Below are positions 1-12,469 of a stretch of 64,000 bases of DNA, one piece after another. The position numbers and the translations under genes were made by a program. The stretch's first letter is position 1, and each line of letters opens with the position of its first letter. Source of the DNA: Lama glama. Its lineage: Eukaryota. Below the pieces are notes generated by a model. That model had not been told where the DNA came from and made no database searches. It saw only the letters and a program-made list of their open reading frames with translations. Location of the stretch: NCBI GenBank assembly GCA_028534125.1, contig CM052816.1, forward strand, positions 51,648,001 to 51,712,000, written 5' to 3'.

Positions 1-686
1 TTATGGAAGACGGTATGGAGATTCCTCAAAAGACTGAAAATAGACTTACCATATATGATCCAGCAATCCCACTCCTGGGCATATATACAGAGGGAACCTT
101 AATTCAAAAAGATACATGCACCTTAATGTTCATAGCAGCACTATTTACAATAGCCAAGACATGGAAACAATTTATATGTTCATCAACAGATAACTGGATA
201 AAGAAGCTGTGGCTGTGGTATATTTATACAGTGGAATACTACTCAGCCATAACAAAGAATAAAATAATGCCATTTGCAGCAACATGGATGTACCTAGAGA
301 TCGTCATTCTAAGTGAAATAAACCAGAAAGATAAAAATACCACATCACTTATATGTGGAATCTAAAAAAAAAAAAAAGACAACAAGCTTATTTACAAAAC
401 AGAAACATATAGACATAGAAAACAAACTTATAGTTAGCAGGGGGGGAAGAGGTAAATTGGGAGTTCGAGATTTGCAGATACTAACTATATATAAAAGAAA
501 CAAGTTTATACTGCATAGCACAGGGAACTATATTCAATATCTTGTAGTAACTTATGGTTAAAAAGAATATGAAAACAAATAGATGTATGTTCCTATATGA
601 CTTTATTGTGCTATACACCAGAAATTGACACATTGTAAACTGACCATACTTCAGTAAAAATACATTAAAAGAAAAAGAAAAAACAA
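1..686 (+). mobile_element. LINE-1 3' end: ORF2p C-terminus, 3' UTR and A-rich tail (cetartiodactyl-type)
   Basis: ORF 3..365 has the L1 ORF2 C-terminal motifs (YDPAIPLLGIY, MFIAALFTIAKTWKQ, EYYSA..K..IMPFAATWM.LE...LSE). The 3' UTR contains 'tagcacagggaactatattcaatatcttgta' and ends in an A-rich tail. Confidence 0.93.
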
Positions 687-1519
687 ATATCCTGATGTAT
701 TTCCCAGCATTCTCAATATACTTCCCAGAATTCCCAGCAACGGGTCCTGTCTCATGTATACAGCTATTCCCCCTTATGACGAAGAAGGGAATAGTTTCCT
801 ATCTTCTATAGTTCCTTTGTAGTTCGTTGCTTCCTTTGCTCATTTTTCCATGTTCTTCTTCTGGTCTGAATTTTTATTTATTATTCCTTTCTATCACATT
901 AACTTTTCTTCAAGATTTAGCTTAATCATGGAGCTCAGAAAGGACTGAGACTTCTCTGGGGATCACCTTATCTAAGCTGCATCAGGGAGTTTGTGTGAGG
1001 GGGGATACATGGCAATGCCTTAGCTTAGGTGTGAATACTCAGGTTTCTCACAAACATACAAAGAATTTGTAATATTTTTACCAAGGCAATGAAATACACT
1101 ACAGTTTATGATAACTTCTCCCACAGCCTGTTTGGTGTTTGTTTCCTTCTGAGATACTTCTCTTTACTTTCCACTTCAGTGCACCTTCAGGGGTTTGAAT
1201 GCACACAATGTTTGGTTTTACCCCATAGCTATGTTTTTACCACTATATGTTATACTTGATTATATGCATTACCTTACACTATTAAATAACCACTTCTCTC
1301 TTTTTCTTTTCTTTTCTTTTTTTTTTAAACAACAGACTTAAGAATAGAATCTTACATTCCATTTCACTCAACTACATCTAGGAAGCACCAAGTCTAAAGA
1401 TAGAAACATAATAAATATGTGTGTAAACTTCAAATGGAGCAAAAATAAGCTCCCTATATTTATTACTGTGCAGGGATAAATCAAAAACATCTGATATTTC
1501 TAGCCTTTCCTATCACCTA

Positions 1520-2115
1520 ATATGCATATTTAAGCTGTGAACTTTCTCAAAGTCCTGCTTTAGCTTTACCTTACAAGTTTTGATATATAGGGCTTTTGTA
1601 GTTCAAATCTAAAGTTTTCCATCATTATTTTACATATTTGAAATGTGTATGTTCAGTTTCTAAAAGTATACAGTGTTGAATAATAAGTTTTTTAATTTCT
1701 AATTTTATTGCATTATGTTCAAAGAATATAATCCATATCATATATATTCTTGTCTTTTTTTTTTCTTCTTTGTGGTCTAGAGTGTGATCAGTTTTTTATG
1801 ACTATTCTAAGAGTGTTTGAAAAAATGTATATTTTCTTTCTGTGGGTCCTGGGTCTTAAAAGTGTCCATTCAGTCAAACTTGTTAATTGTGGTCAAATCT
1901 AATTTTTAGTTTGTTTAAATATATCAGTTTTTGAGAAGTCTCTTATTCTTTCCTGTGATGATGGATTTGTAATTTTGTCAGTTTTGCCATATATACTTTA
2001 AATATATACTGTTACATGCATTAAGGATCATTATAACTTGCTTGTAAATCATTCCTTTTATTATTAAGTAAAGACTCTCTTTGTACTGATGCTTTTTGCC
2101 TTAAATTTTACTTTT
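1520..2115 (-). mobile_element. Old LINE-1 (L1M-type) fragment, antisense
   Basis: T-rich degenerate sequence resembling the antisense L1 ORF2 5' region ('acaagttttgatatatag', 'tctaattttattgcattatg', 'aaaatgtatatttt'). Boundaries approximate. Confidence 0.6.
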
Positions 2116-3099
2116 AGACAAAACATCTAGTTTTATCTAGTTGAGTAATCGCCAATAATTTCACAATAAAATAAACAATTATTTTATGGCTCCATTTTCA
2201 AAATGGTGTTTAAAATGAAGTTAACTTCATGGCAATATGTGATTGGCAACCATATATTAGAACCTGATCTTGAAAATGAATTATGTGGTCATCTTACAGT
2301 AGTCAAATTACTATTCAGATGAAGTGATACTAAAAATAAGTTGACATTTCCCATGTAATAGCACCATTGATTCATGTTTATCACCTACAGTGAATGCTAA
2401 CGTGAAGATTGTTTAATTTATTCCACTTTAGTGTCCTTTAAAACTGTCCAAGCCTATTTAGAAAATAGTGAAGCAAGTATCTGCTACATTGGCTTCTGTC
2501 TACTTGCCTTCCAGAACTTGATATGCTTGCTTGCCATAAAATAACACAGGCTAGTTTAGATTTAAGATATTAAGTAATTCTGTAAATGACATAACATTAT
2601 CTTAGCCAGAATAAAAAATGTCATAATAGCGTGGATTCAGTTCAGCCAATTTTTACTGACCTACCACACACCAGGCACAAGCACTACACATATACAAAAG
2701 AAGAAAACAGGCCTGGCCCTTTAAAGGTAAATATTTTCAGATCAAACAGAGAAAAATCTCAATGTAATATGGTTGGTACCACAAGAGAACTTATGCAAGA
2801 GATCCAGAAACCATAAATTCTTATTCATTGTTTGCTAATGAAGGTAAATATTGCTATAATTTACACATCTAAGGTGGCGGCCAATTGTTTTAACTATAAT
2901 ATAGGAAAAATTGAAAAGAAGGACTTAAAGGAAAAGAAATTAATTCAAAATGCAGGGTCAGTAAGATTATTAAACAAGTTAGCAGGTGTAGAATTTTCTA
3001 ATTGTTGTTAATAAATAAATTGTTGTTTACTAACACTTGTTAGCAAGTAAATGTTCTTGCTGAATGTCTTACACATTCTAAATTGAACTGATGCTTCTC

Positions 3100-3875
3100 C
3101 CCTTCCCCTCTTGTGCTCTTCCCTCCAAACCTGATGTACATCCAGTGCTACCTGTCTCACTGCATCCAAGCAATGCTATGCCAGAAATCTGGGTCATCCA
3201 TGACATGTCCTCTTCCTTACCCTTGTTTCGTTGGCCTTCATCAATCCTGGCAGTTTTGAACTTTGAAACGTATTTTGAATCCATTCATATTTCTTCTCTA
3301 CTGTTGCCCAACCACCTCAACTTATTCCTATGATAATTCAGAAGGAATCTTCTCTTGCCCCCTTTATTTCCTTTTCCTAAAGGGAGTTATCAGAGTTATC
3401 CATTTAGAACAATAGATCTCATGATCATGTGCTTCTTTCTCAAAACCCTTTGTTGATCTGTCCTATGGTAAAGTTAAAATCACATCTCATGCTACACACT
3501 GGAATCACTGATTGCACCACTCTGACCTTTCTTAATATTTCTTACTCTCTGTCACTCTCCTGCCCACCCTAGGGTCTTTACTTTTTAATTCCTTTGGTTT
3601 ATAATAATTTAATTCTGTTGCCTCACTTGTTAATTCTTTTTTTTGCCCCTGTATCACCAACACTTTCTTCAGCTCTTAGCTTAAATTTTACTTCTAGGAA
3701 ATGGTGTGTAATCCTCTAAAGTATATCTTCTCTTTTCTTTTTCTAGCATTTATCACACTGGTAAATAAATATTTATGTAATTGTCTGTTTCCCCCTTACC
3801 AGCTCCTGAGAACAAGAATGAAGTCTACTTGGTATAGTATCAGATACGTTGTAGGCCAAATATTTGTTGGATAAA
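3100..3875 (+). mobile_element. LINE-2 3' fragment
   Basis: C/T-rich L2-like body ('ccagaaatctgggtcatccatgac', 'agctcctgagaacaaga') ending in 'aaatatttgttgga'. Boundaries approximate. Confidence 0.6.
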
Positions 3876-6249
3876 AAATACACTAATGAGTGAAAATTAT
3901 GAGGTCAAAAATAGATTTAAAAATATATATAAACACCTAAAACAGCTCAATCATGTCATCACTTTAAAAACTTCAAATTTTTGCAGTTGAATTCAAAGCT
4001 ATTTTATGTGGAAAGGCCATCATATTAAAATTTTTAATTCAAAAATTTACCTTTATTAACTGCTATTTACAAAACACTATACCACATGAATTTTGCCTTC
4101 TTCCCAAAAGCAAATTAAGGATAAAGATTTCTTATCTTGAGAATATCCAAGAGAATGTGGTATAGTGTCTGAAGGCAGGTAGTTCCCTAAAAGGAATTCC
4201 AGGCGTTTTGAGGAGTGTTGGCATACTCTAGAGCCCAGTACCTGTTTCTAATACAAGATTTGGTGTATCTGCTTTCTTAAAAAAAAAAAAAAAAAAAAAG
4301 TTACACTAACTTTTTCTTAAAACTACACTTAACCATCCTTCTCTGGTAACTAAATATCTTACATATGTCGTATCAGTGAATATACAGTGAATACTATAGT
4401 AGTTGAAGTTTAGAAAATACTGTAGTTGAAGTTTAGAAAAAATGGTAGATGAAGTTAGGCCAAATGTATCTTAAGCACTTTCTCATGAGATTTATTGTTT
4501 TAATTTAAAGCAAATCTTTAGCATTATTTTCTCTACCTTTGTTTCTCTGTTCTAACAGGAGTACCAGGTATTTGCTGAATTTCTCATCTTTTAGCCTAAT
4601 TGTATTTTTATAGGTACTATTTTTAGGATCTTTGTTAAGGCATTTTTAAGATTATCTTGCCATCAAAACATTACACAGATATAAATGCACCCTTTACAGA
4701 TACCCCTTAATCTGTGTGTTTATATGTGCTAACATACAACAAAGTTTTGTTTTGCTTTGCCTGTGGCAGCAATTAAGCTGAGTTATACCCTATATTAATA
4801 AAAAAGACTTAGAAAAGTGGTTTAGTGACTTAGCCCCTGTTTCTAGTTTGGAGACAATATAAACAAGTATTTTCACTTATTATCTTATTACTATTTTCAT
4901 TTTGTGACTTTTATAATCCATCTGTTATACCACTTTTAAGAAAACAATTACTAACATCTTTTAAATAATGTTTCTGCTGCAGTTACATTCAAGCTCTTTT
5001 TTTATTCATAATAGCAACTAATGGGGATATGAGAGAGATTAAATAAAATAAATGTTGAAGGTATAAAAATTAATCTTTGTATGGCAATCCTAAAATATTG
5101 TGATGTAGTGAAATATCTGAATTTTCTTTTAAACCTATTAAAATTTCTGCTTAAGCATATTTGAACTATTCTAGATAAAATTTAAGAGCTTTAAAAAATT
5201 TGTTACATTAGATGCATATTGCTTCAGGTCCATGTTAATAATGCTATTAATTACTGACTAAATTTCTGTCTACAAAAGCTGTAAATTTCAAAAGAAAAAA
5301 GATATTTTGGGGAAGATATGCCTTTTTGCATAAACTTTTTCACTGACTCATAAGGGATGTGAATTTTGAAAAGATGAGTATATAATGGTTATCCTTTTCC
5401 TGGAAAAATGAAATACACAAACAAAAATTACAATGATTCATGCTATTCATACAGAGCTGTTCTTCCATGACTGTAATTTGTTCTGTGACAAAGATTTTAA
5501 AAAAGAACTTAAATAGGAGTTCTGTGGTCATGCAATCAGAACAAGCATGCCTTGGATTCTAAGACAAGGCCATTCTAGGATGACAGAGTAAGCATTGAAA
5601 GAGGTCCTATAGCAGACCGTCAAGATGGTTAAGTAGACAGATCTGCCTTAGAGATCTTAGAGACTGCATACCTCTTCTGCTTACATTCCATTAGTAAGAG
5701 CTTAATTCTTGGTGAGAGCAAGGGAGACTGAGCAATATAATGTGACTGGGCTGCTGTGTACCTGGCTACAGTGTATCACGATGGAAAAAGAGAAAAACAG
5801 ATGTTTGTGGTCTACTTGCAGTCTTTCACAGCTGCTACAGAGGACCTTTGTCAAGTATGTGAAAGTAGTGCATACATGAATAAAACTAAAAATCTCAATG
5901 AAGTTAAGTGTTCTGGGAAAAATATAAATGGACAGAATTGAAGCAAATAGATGTAGAAAATGTAAAAAGGATTATGACCATAATTATTTCCCAAATTGCC
6001 TTTGTATTAAAGCAGCTTTACTGCTGCATAATTTTTAACTTTTAAAAAGTAGATAAACACCCCATTATATAAACTTCTTCAGAGCATTGAATGAGTTTGC
6101 CATCTAATTCATTTTAAGAAGGTAGAATATTCCTAATGCTTGAAAATATAACCTAGTTTGATTATATAACCCAGTAAGAAACTTTCTAAACCTGTTATAT
6201 AGAATATAGATAATATAGAGATCTTCAATAAAATATTAGCTAATAGAAA

Positions 6250-6345
6250 TCATTAGCCTGTTAAAAGGATCATCCATGATGATCAAGCATGGCTTAATCT
6301 CAGAAATACAATGATGGTATAAGTTTAAGAAAACTATCAATATCT
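6250..6345 (+). mobile_element. Degenerate L1 ORF2 (RT-region) fragment
   Basis: 'aaaaggatcatccatgatgatcaag...gaaatacaatgatggtataag...agaaaactatcaat' corresponds to the L1 motif [26 protein letters not shown]. Confidence 0.6.
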
Positions 6346-6403
6346 GATTACTTATATTTCCCCAAAGAAAAAACAAATAATACCAATCAAATATGAAGAG
6401 GAA

Positions 6404-6903
6404 NNNNNNNNNNNNNNNNNNNNNNNNNNNNNNNNNNNNNNNNNNNNNNNNNNNNNNNNNNNNNNNNNNNNNNNNNNNNNNNNNNNNNNNNNNNNNNNNN
6501 NNNNNNNNNNNNNNNNNNNNNNNNNNNNNNNNNNNNNNNNNNNNNNNNNNNNNNNNNNNNNNNNNNNNNNNNNNNNNNNNNNNNNNNNNNNNNNNNNNNN
6601 NNNNNNNNNNNNNNNNNNNNNNNNNNNNNNNNNNNNNNNNNNNNNNNNNNNNNNNNNNNNNNNNNNNNNNNNNNNNNNNNNNNNNNNNNNNNNNNNNNNN
6701 NNNNNNNNNNNNNNNNNNNNNNNNNNNNNNNNNNNNNNNNNNNNNNNNNNNNNNNNNNNNNNNNNNNNNNNNNNNNNNNNNNNNNNNNNNNNNNNNNNNN
6801 NNNNNNNNNNNNNNNNNNNNNNNNNNNNNNNNNNNNNNNNNNNNNNNNNNNNNNNNNNNNNNNNNNNNNNNNNNNNNNNNNNNNNNNNNNNNNNNNNNNN
6901 NNN
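6404..6903. other. Assembly gap (500 N)
   Basis: Run of exactly 500 N. Confidence 1.
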
Positions 6904-7225
6904 AGTAAAAGGTGGAAGTTCTCAACTTAAAGAAAAAAAAAATCATAAGCTGAGGCTGCTATCTTCTATGGTAAGAGCAAATCTTCTATCCATGAAATTG
7001 TGAGGAAGGGAAAAGAAATCTGTGCTAGTTTTCACATCTCAAGCTGCAAAAGTCAAGACCACAGTGTGTGATAAGCATTTAGTTAAGATGGAAAAGGCAT
7101 CAAACGCGTGGGAGACATGAACGGAAAACGTGTTCTGACTGACGGCAGTGAGTTTGGGCCAGAAAGCAATGAGCCTGTATGAAGACTTCAGCAAGGGATC
7201 TCCTGAAACTAGTGACCCCAAGCTC
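6904..7225 (+). mobile_element. TcMar-Tigger DNA transposon fragment (Tigger7/MER44-like transposase N-terminus)
   Basis: 'aaaggtggaagttctcaactta...tcttctatccatgaaattgtgag...ttagttaagatggaaaaggcat...gaagacttcagcaagggatc' matches the recalled Tigger7/MER44 internal sequence. Confidence 0.8.
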
Positions 7226-7955
7226 TGTAGTAGTTCTTCATATAATTAAATCGTTTTCTCTCCTTTTGTAATTCAGTCACAACCTCCCCCCCAGAATAAT
7301 ACATACTTTATGAGCTAGAGCTGACAACTTTCTGTGCATCCTCAAGTCATGAGATAAAGTAGTCTCATGAGTTGGAAGTAAACTCGAAACAAGTCGTAGA
7401 AATTCCACCAAAGAAACGCAAGAAATGTGGTACTTCTCCCTTCTACATAAAGCTCTAATCCCCCAAACTGGATTCTTACTTAACTTACAGTTTCAAAGCA
7501 TGTATTATTTATATTACATATACATTATAAATGAGCAAGTTAGGCAGTTTGAGAAATACACTCTTTTATAAACGCTTCGGGTACCACAGAGTGTACTTCT
7601 GTAAAACTTATCATCAGACTAGTATTTGCTACTGATCAACATGCTGTCCCAAATGGTACTCTAAACTAAGTCCTCACAATAGAATAAAGGGGGGAATTAT
7701 CCCTTAACAATAGACCCTAGAAGAATAGATGGACAATTTAGCTCAAAAATGTGGTCCACAAAGTGAAGTATGGGCTGAAATGCTCTGGACTAGGGCACTG
7801 TACTGGGTAAACAAACTGGATAATTACTAGTTTTCTGTTCACTTCACTTTGTGTCCTTAGGCCAAGGCCAAAAATTGCTGTCACACCTAAAACTAAATTA
7901 TCAGGCTCTATACTAGAAATCAACTAGTGACAAAACTCTATTTTCAAGACACCTC

Positions 7956-8052
7956 AAGGTGGGTAGAGCACAGTGGTCGAGTGCATGCTGAGTATGCACA
8001 AGGTCCTCGGTTCAATTCCCAGTACCTCCATTTAAAAAAAAATTTTTTTTAA
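7956..8052 (+). mobile_element. tRNA-derived SINE (camelid Vic-1-like) with degenerate TSD
   Basis: Degenerate Pol III A box (tagagcacagtgg), B box (ggttcaattccc), 'agtacctcc' end and A/T tail. Flanked by ttcaagacacctc (7943-7955) and ttcaggacatctc (8053-8065), 11/13 identical. Confidence 0.85.
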
Positions 8053-10623
8053 TTCAGGACATCTCTATTGTTACGTAATTATTAAGAAAAACCTGTACAA
8101 AATTCTTGGGCCACTATGAGGGAATAGGTGCAAACTATAAAAATGTGGGACACCTTTAAAATGTAGGAAGGCAATCTCAACAACAGAGTAAGAGGCATAT
8201 TTAAATCAGTTAGTCACCATAACCTGGCCTATTAGTTCGGTTCATTCATTCATTCCTGACTATTCTATTTAAAATTATAATTTCTACCTCCTTTACTGGG
8301 AACTCTCTATTCCTGTTTGTTTGTTTTTTTCTCTCCATTAACACTTACCATTGTTTCCCCTACCCCCCTCCCCAGCTAGGATGTTAACTTCAAAAGGGCA
8401 AGCTTTTTTTTTTTCCTACTGTATTAGTTGCCGTATTGGAGAGCTTATAAGAGTCCTTGGAAAGATATATTTTGATTGAGTTTATTAAATAATTTTGAAG
8501 TCATAAACTGAAATTTCAGAAGGTATTTCAAAGATTTAACTTAATCTTAAATCTTCTTAAGCTTAAATCTTCAGCTGTATCATTTATTTTTGTTTCACTC
8601 TTAAATAACAGCTTAAAAAAGCCCTTAGGAAACATATACAATGAAGAACTTTGAAGGAAAAAAAACTAGCATATTATATACCTTTAAACAATGTAGTCCC
8701 CCCAAAAAGAGAAAAAATAAAGGAGCCAGGGATGACTCAACATCTTTACTTGTTGAATTTTAGTTTAGATGCAAAGGAACATTTTTCCCCTGTAAGTAAT
8801 AAGCAAAAGCCTCTTTTATACACTTGCTGAGCAACTACAACTGAGGGAGAAATAGCATCTTTGAACCACACTAAGAAGTTGCAGCAATTCACTGAATTCT
8901 GTTTTGTTTTTGTAAACCTGCTCAACATTATGGTATATATTTATATAAAAGCATAGGTGAGCTTGGTTTGCAAACTCGTCTCTTTATTACGTCTTTTATA
9001 TTACAAAAACAGTGACATCGTATGTCTAGCTTTTAGTATGAAGAGCAACTTCCCCATTATAGTAATTGTCAAAGGATGTAGATCGAATCTTCTTAGATCT
9101 GACTGTAATCATGTATATTTAAACTAAAAGAGGACAAATGTTTGGTGGTAAGTTTTTCTCTAACATTGTGTATTAAAATTTTAAGCAAGTTTAGTTAATA
9201 TGAAAAAATGCAGTTTTGCCCTTCATTTTTGAAAACATTGAGTGTTGATATATAATGTGAAATAAAACAATATCTGACAGATGGTAGGTATTCAATTAAT
9301 GTACACTGAATAAAACTGCATGTTTTTGCTTAAAGTAGAGAAATAGATTGATGGTTCATCTTACTGTCTAAGAAATATTATTTCTCCTTTTAGACTTACA
9401 TGCTTAATCAGAAGTTTAGAATTTTGGCATTCATAAGTAACTAACATTTTAGATAACCATATTTAAATCTACATTTCCTCAGGAAATACTAAAATCATTG
9501 GCCTTCATTAATAACTTCTAGCACTATAGAATAAACATATTTTAGTATTTTTATCAATTTATATACCAGGAAATGTATGCTACAAATATAGAGATATTAC
9601 ATCTTCTAATGAAATATTAATACATGAATGAATAAACTGAAATATAGTTTAAGACAATACAACAGATACGCTAGATCTGGGGTTTGTTTTTGAGTTCTTT
9701 TCATGGCAGCACTATTGGATTCACACTGATCTGTCTTCAGCATATTTCTGGTCCCTTCTTGACTATTCTTAGTATTTGTAATGTGTCTAACAAGATTGAG
9801 GGATGAAAGCCATGGTTGTAGAACAGTTGTATGTATTACTGCTCTACGTAAGAATTAAATCTAAAGCCTTGATTTGATTACAAAGAGTCTAACCCAAAGT
9901 TTTTCATATTCCTATTTCATGACACCGTAGGATTCCATGAAATAATCTGCAAGTGAAGTAGTCTTTGAATTTTTTAATCTGAGTTTTTCATAATCTGTTT
10001 ATATGAGACTAATCTCTCCAAATCTAATTCTTTTCCTTTATTCAGTCTCCTAATTACTTTTTCAACCTCACTACCCTATTTTTGCTATCAGTTATATTTT
10101 GGGTACCAATTATAGTATATCAGAAAGTACATAATTTGAGTGTTACCACCTATAAACAGAACATTAGGTATACTTATTTATGACACAGAAAAGCATAATC
10201 TAAAAAAAAAAGGTTCTTTTTTCCAACTCCTACAACCACCATTTTCAAACTTACTCCTTTCATATTTACCTATTTGTTGTTGATGTTGCTGTTTCAGACA
10301 CCTGTGCCATAAAATAGAGCATTTACTTAAACTTTTATCATTTTATTATATTATTATTTGCCTTTTATATGTCATTCCATAGATATACCATCTTGTTAAA
10401 GTTCTGTGACTTTAAAAAGTTTAAAGAGTTCTGCTTAAACCAGATAACTTAGTCATATACTAAACTAACTGCTGTATCTCAGTTGACCTCTGGAGTGGGG
10501 AAAATTACCAGTATTTGTTGCCAAGAATGAAAAGCTTCCCTTCCTACCGTCTTTTATCATTAGTCTTTGGTTTTGTGCCTTCTCTGTAATGATATAGGTT
10601 TGTTTCTCCTTTATTCTTTGCAG

Positions 10624-10713
10624 AGTGCTGCAGCAGCTCCCAGTCCAGTGCTAGGAAACATTCCCCCAGGAGATGGCATGCCAGTAGGTCCTGTGCCACC
10701 AGGGTTCTTTCAG
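10624..10713 (+). CDS. SSBP2: SSBP2 exon 5 (90 nt, phase 0-0): [30 protein letters not shown]
   Basis: Acceptor ctttattctttgcag|AGT, donor CAG|gtactc; peptide visible inside ORF 10567..10752. Confidence 0.96.
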
Positions 10714-11904
10714 GTACTCAGAGAAACTCTGACTAGGAATGTTAAGGCGTAGGAACTCCTGTTCCGTTTTATTTAAAGATATGAAGGAGAATGAGGCTAT
10801 TCTAATGCTGTGCAGCCAACTCTTGGTTATTCAGAGACCTGTTGTCTAGTTTACAGACTAGCCTATCCTTCCAATGTCGTGTTTGTTGTCAATTTTTTAT
10901 TCATATATTTATTTTGCCATTTCATTGTCCAAGTAAGGAAAAAAGTTGAAATGCAAATTAGGCCATTAAATTAACTGTGCTAAAAGTTTGGTGGGAGAAG
11001 AGGCTAAGGATAAGGTTCTGAAATGACATATGGATTTTAACTATCTAAACTATCCGTATCTCCACAGACTAAAGATAATCAAGATTTGGCTGTACTTTAA
11101 AAATATGGCTAAATCATAACCTATTCATTTATCAAAATTATAGCCTGTAACAAAGTATTTTGAGAATCATCTTTGTGGCTTTTAAACTGGAATTTTTATC
11201 AATATCATTATGTAACATTTAAAAATCAGATTCTAAAATACATATGTTAGTATTTTAAATTTGCAACAAGCCCATTTATTTTAATAAAAGCTGATAATGA
11301 TTTTAGAATTTTAATACATCACTTTTTAATTTTATGGCATCTACATTTAAATCTGACAGTTTTCTAACCCAAACCAACATAGATTTTAGATTTTTTAACT
11401 ACATAATTAATTTTATAACACCTTTTGAGAAAGAATTTAGGAGTTAAGAACTATAGTTGGAAGGCATTACAGGAATTAAAGTAATATGCTGTATTTTTAA
11501 TGAATTACATTAGGTATTTATAAACTAATTTGTCATTTTAGTGTTTTGTATTTTCAAAGTCCTTGATAATAATTTGTCAGTTAATGAGTATCAGCATTAC
11601 AGGGTAGATCAATGTATTTATACATGTGAAAATGGAAAAAAAAATTATGAGTAATTTTCCACGGTATAGCAATTGAATAAAAAGGTCATAATTAGAACCT
11701 AGTACCAACTCTGAAATGTTAAGTCCTTTACCTCTGAAATGTTAGTCCTTGCTTAATTGTCTGGCTATTCCATATTAATATTCAAGTAGTCTAGAATATT
11801 TCAGAGTCTTTTAGAGCTCACATTCCGCCTTGAGGGTCCTTTCTTACAATCTAGGAACATACTCTAACTCTTGATTATTAATTAAGCAATCACTATTTAA
11901 TCAC

Positions 11905-12125
11905 AATAATAATAATAGTAGCTAACACTCAATAACTGCTTACTCTATGCCATGCTTTGTTCTAAATGTTTTACATGTATAAACTCTTAGTCCTCATAAT
12001 AACCTAGATGTGAAGTATGAATTATTGTCATTCCCATTGCACAGATGGAAAAAAATAGGGCTTGATAAGCAGTTTGCACAAAGTCGGAAAGTTACAGGAC
12101 TGAGATTCAAAGCAAGATTTCTGAA
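11905..12125 (-). mobile_element. MIR SINE
   Basis: 'aataatagtagctaacact...ttactctatgcca...ttctaaatgttttacatgt...cccattgcacagatggaaaaa' is the typical antisense MIR core. Confidence 0.8.
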
Positions 12126-12469
12126 CTTCTGCCTTGAATTTACCTTTTAAAGTTCATAGTTGATCATTATTCATAAAGTATTTGTAGCTAATTTTATGAT
12201 TTTTATTCATGCTCTGATTTCCTGCCACGGATAGATCAGCATTAGGGAGTAAATCAGAAGAGTTTATCTGCTTTTAAGAGTTAGCAGAAGCTCTCTAAGT
12301 GGCACTTTTAAAAAGAGGGGGTGGGTTGGGAAGGAAGCCAAATTCCTCTTAGGATTAAGCAAAGATGTATAAACCCATACATTTTGTAGAATGAACCCAC
12401 TCTCCCTTTACCTGCCTTCTGCCTGAGTCTTGGTTAGAGGAGTTGAAACAGAATTAACTTTTGCTCTAC

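Noticed and set aside
3..365. Independent 120-aa gene
   Set aside because: It is the C-terminus of L1 ORF2p, not a host gene.
700..742. Three TTCCCAG repeats resembling ZNF143/STAF sites
   Set aside because: None completes the consensus, and short repeats are expected by chance next to an L1 tail.
6236..6946. Long ORFs spanning N runs (also 32686-33423 and 49004-49585)
   Set aside because: Artefacts of translating assembly gaps as X.
7956..8030. Possible tRNA gene
   Set aside because: It has an A/T tail and TSD and lacks a complete cloverleaf, so it is a SINE.
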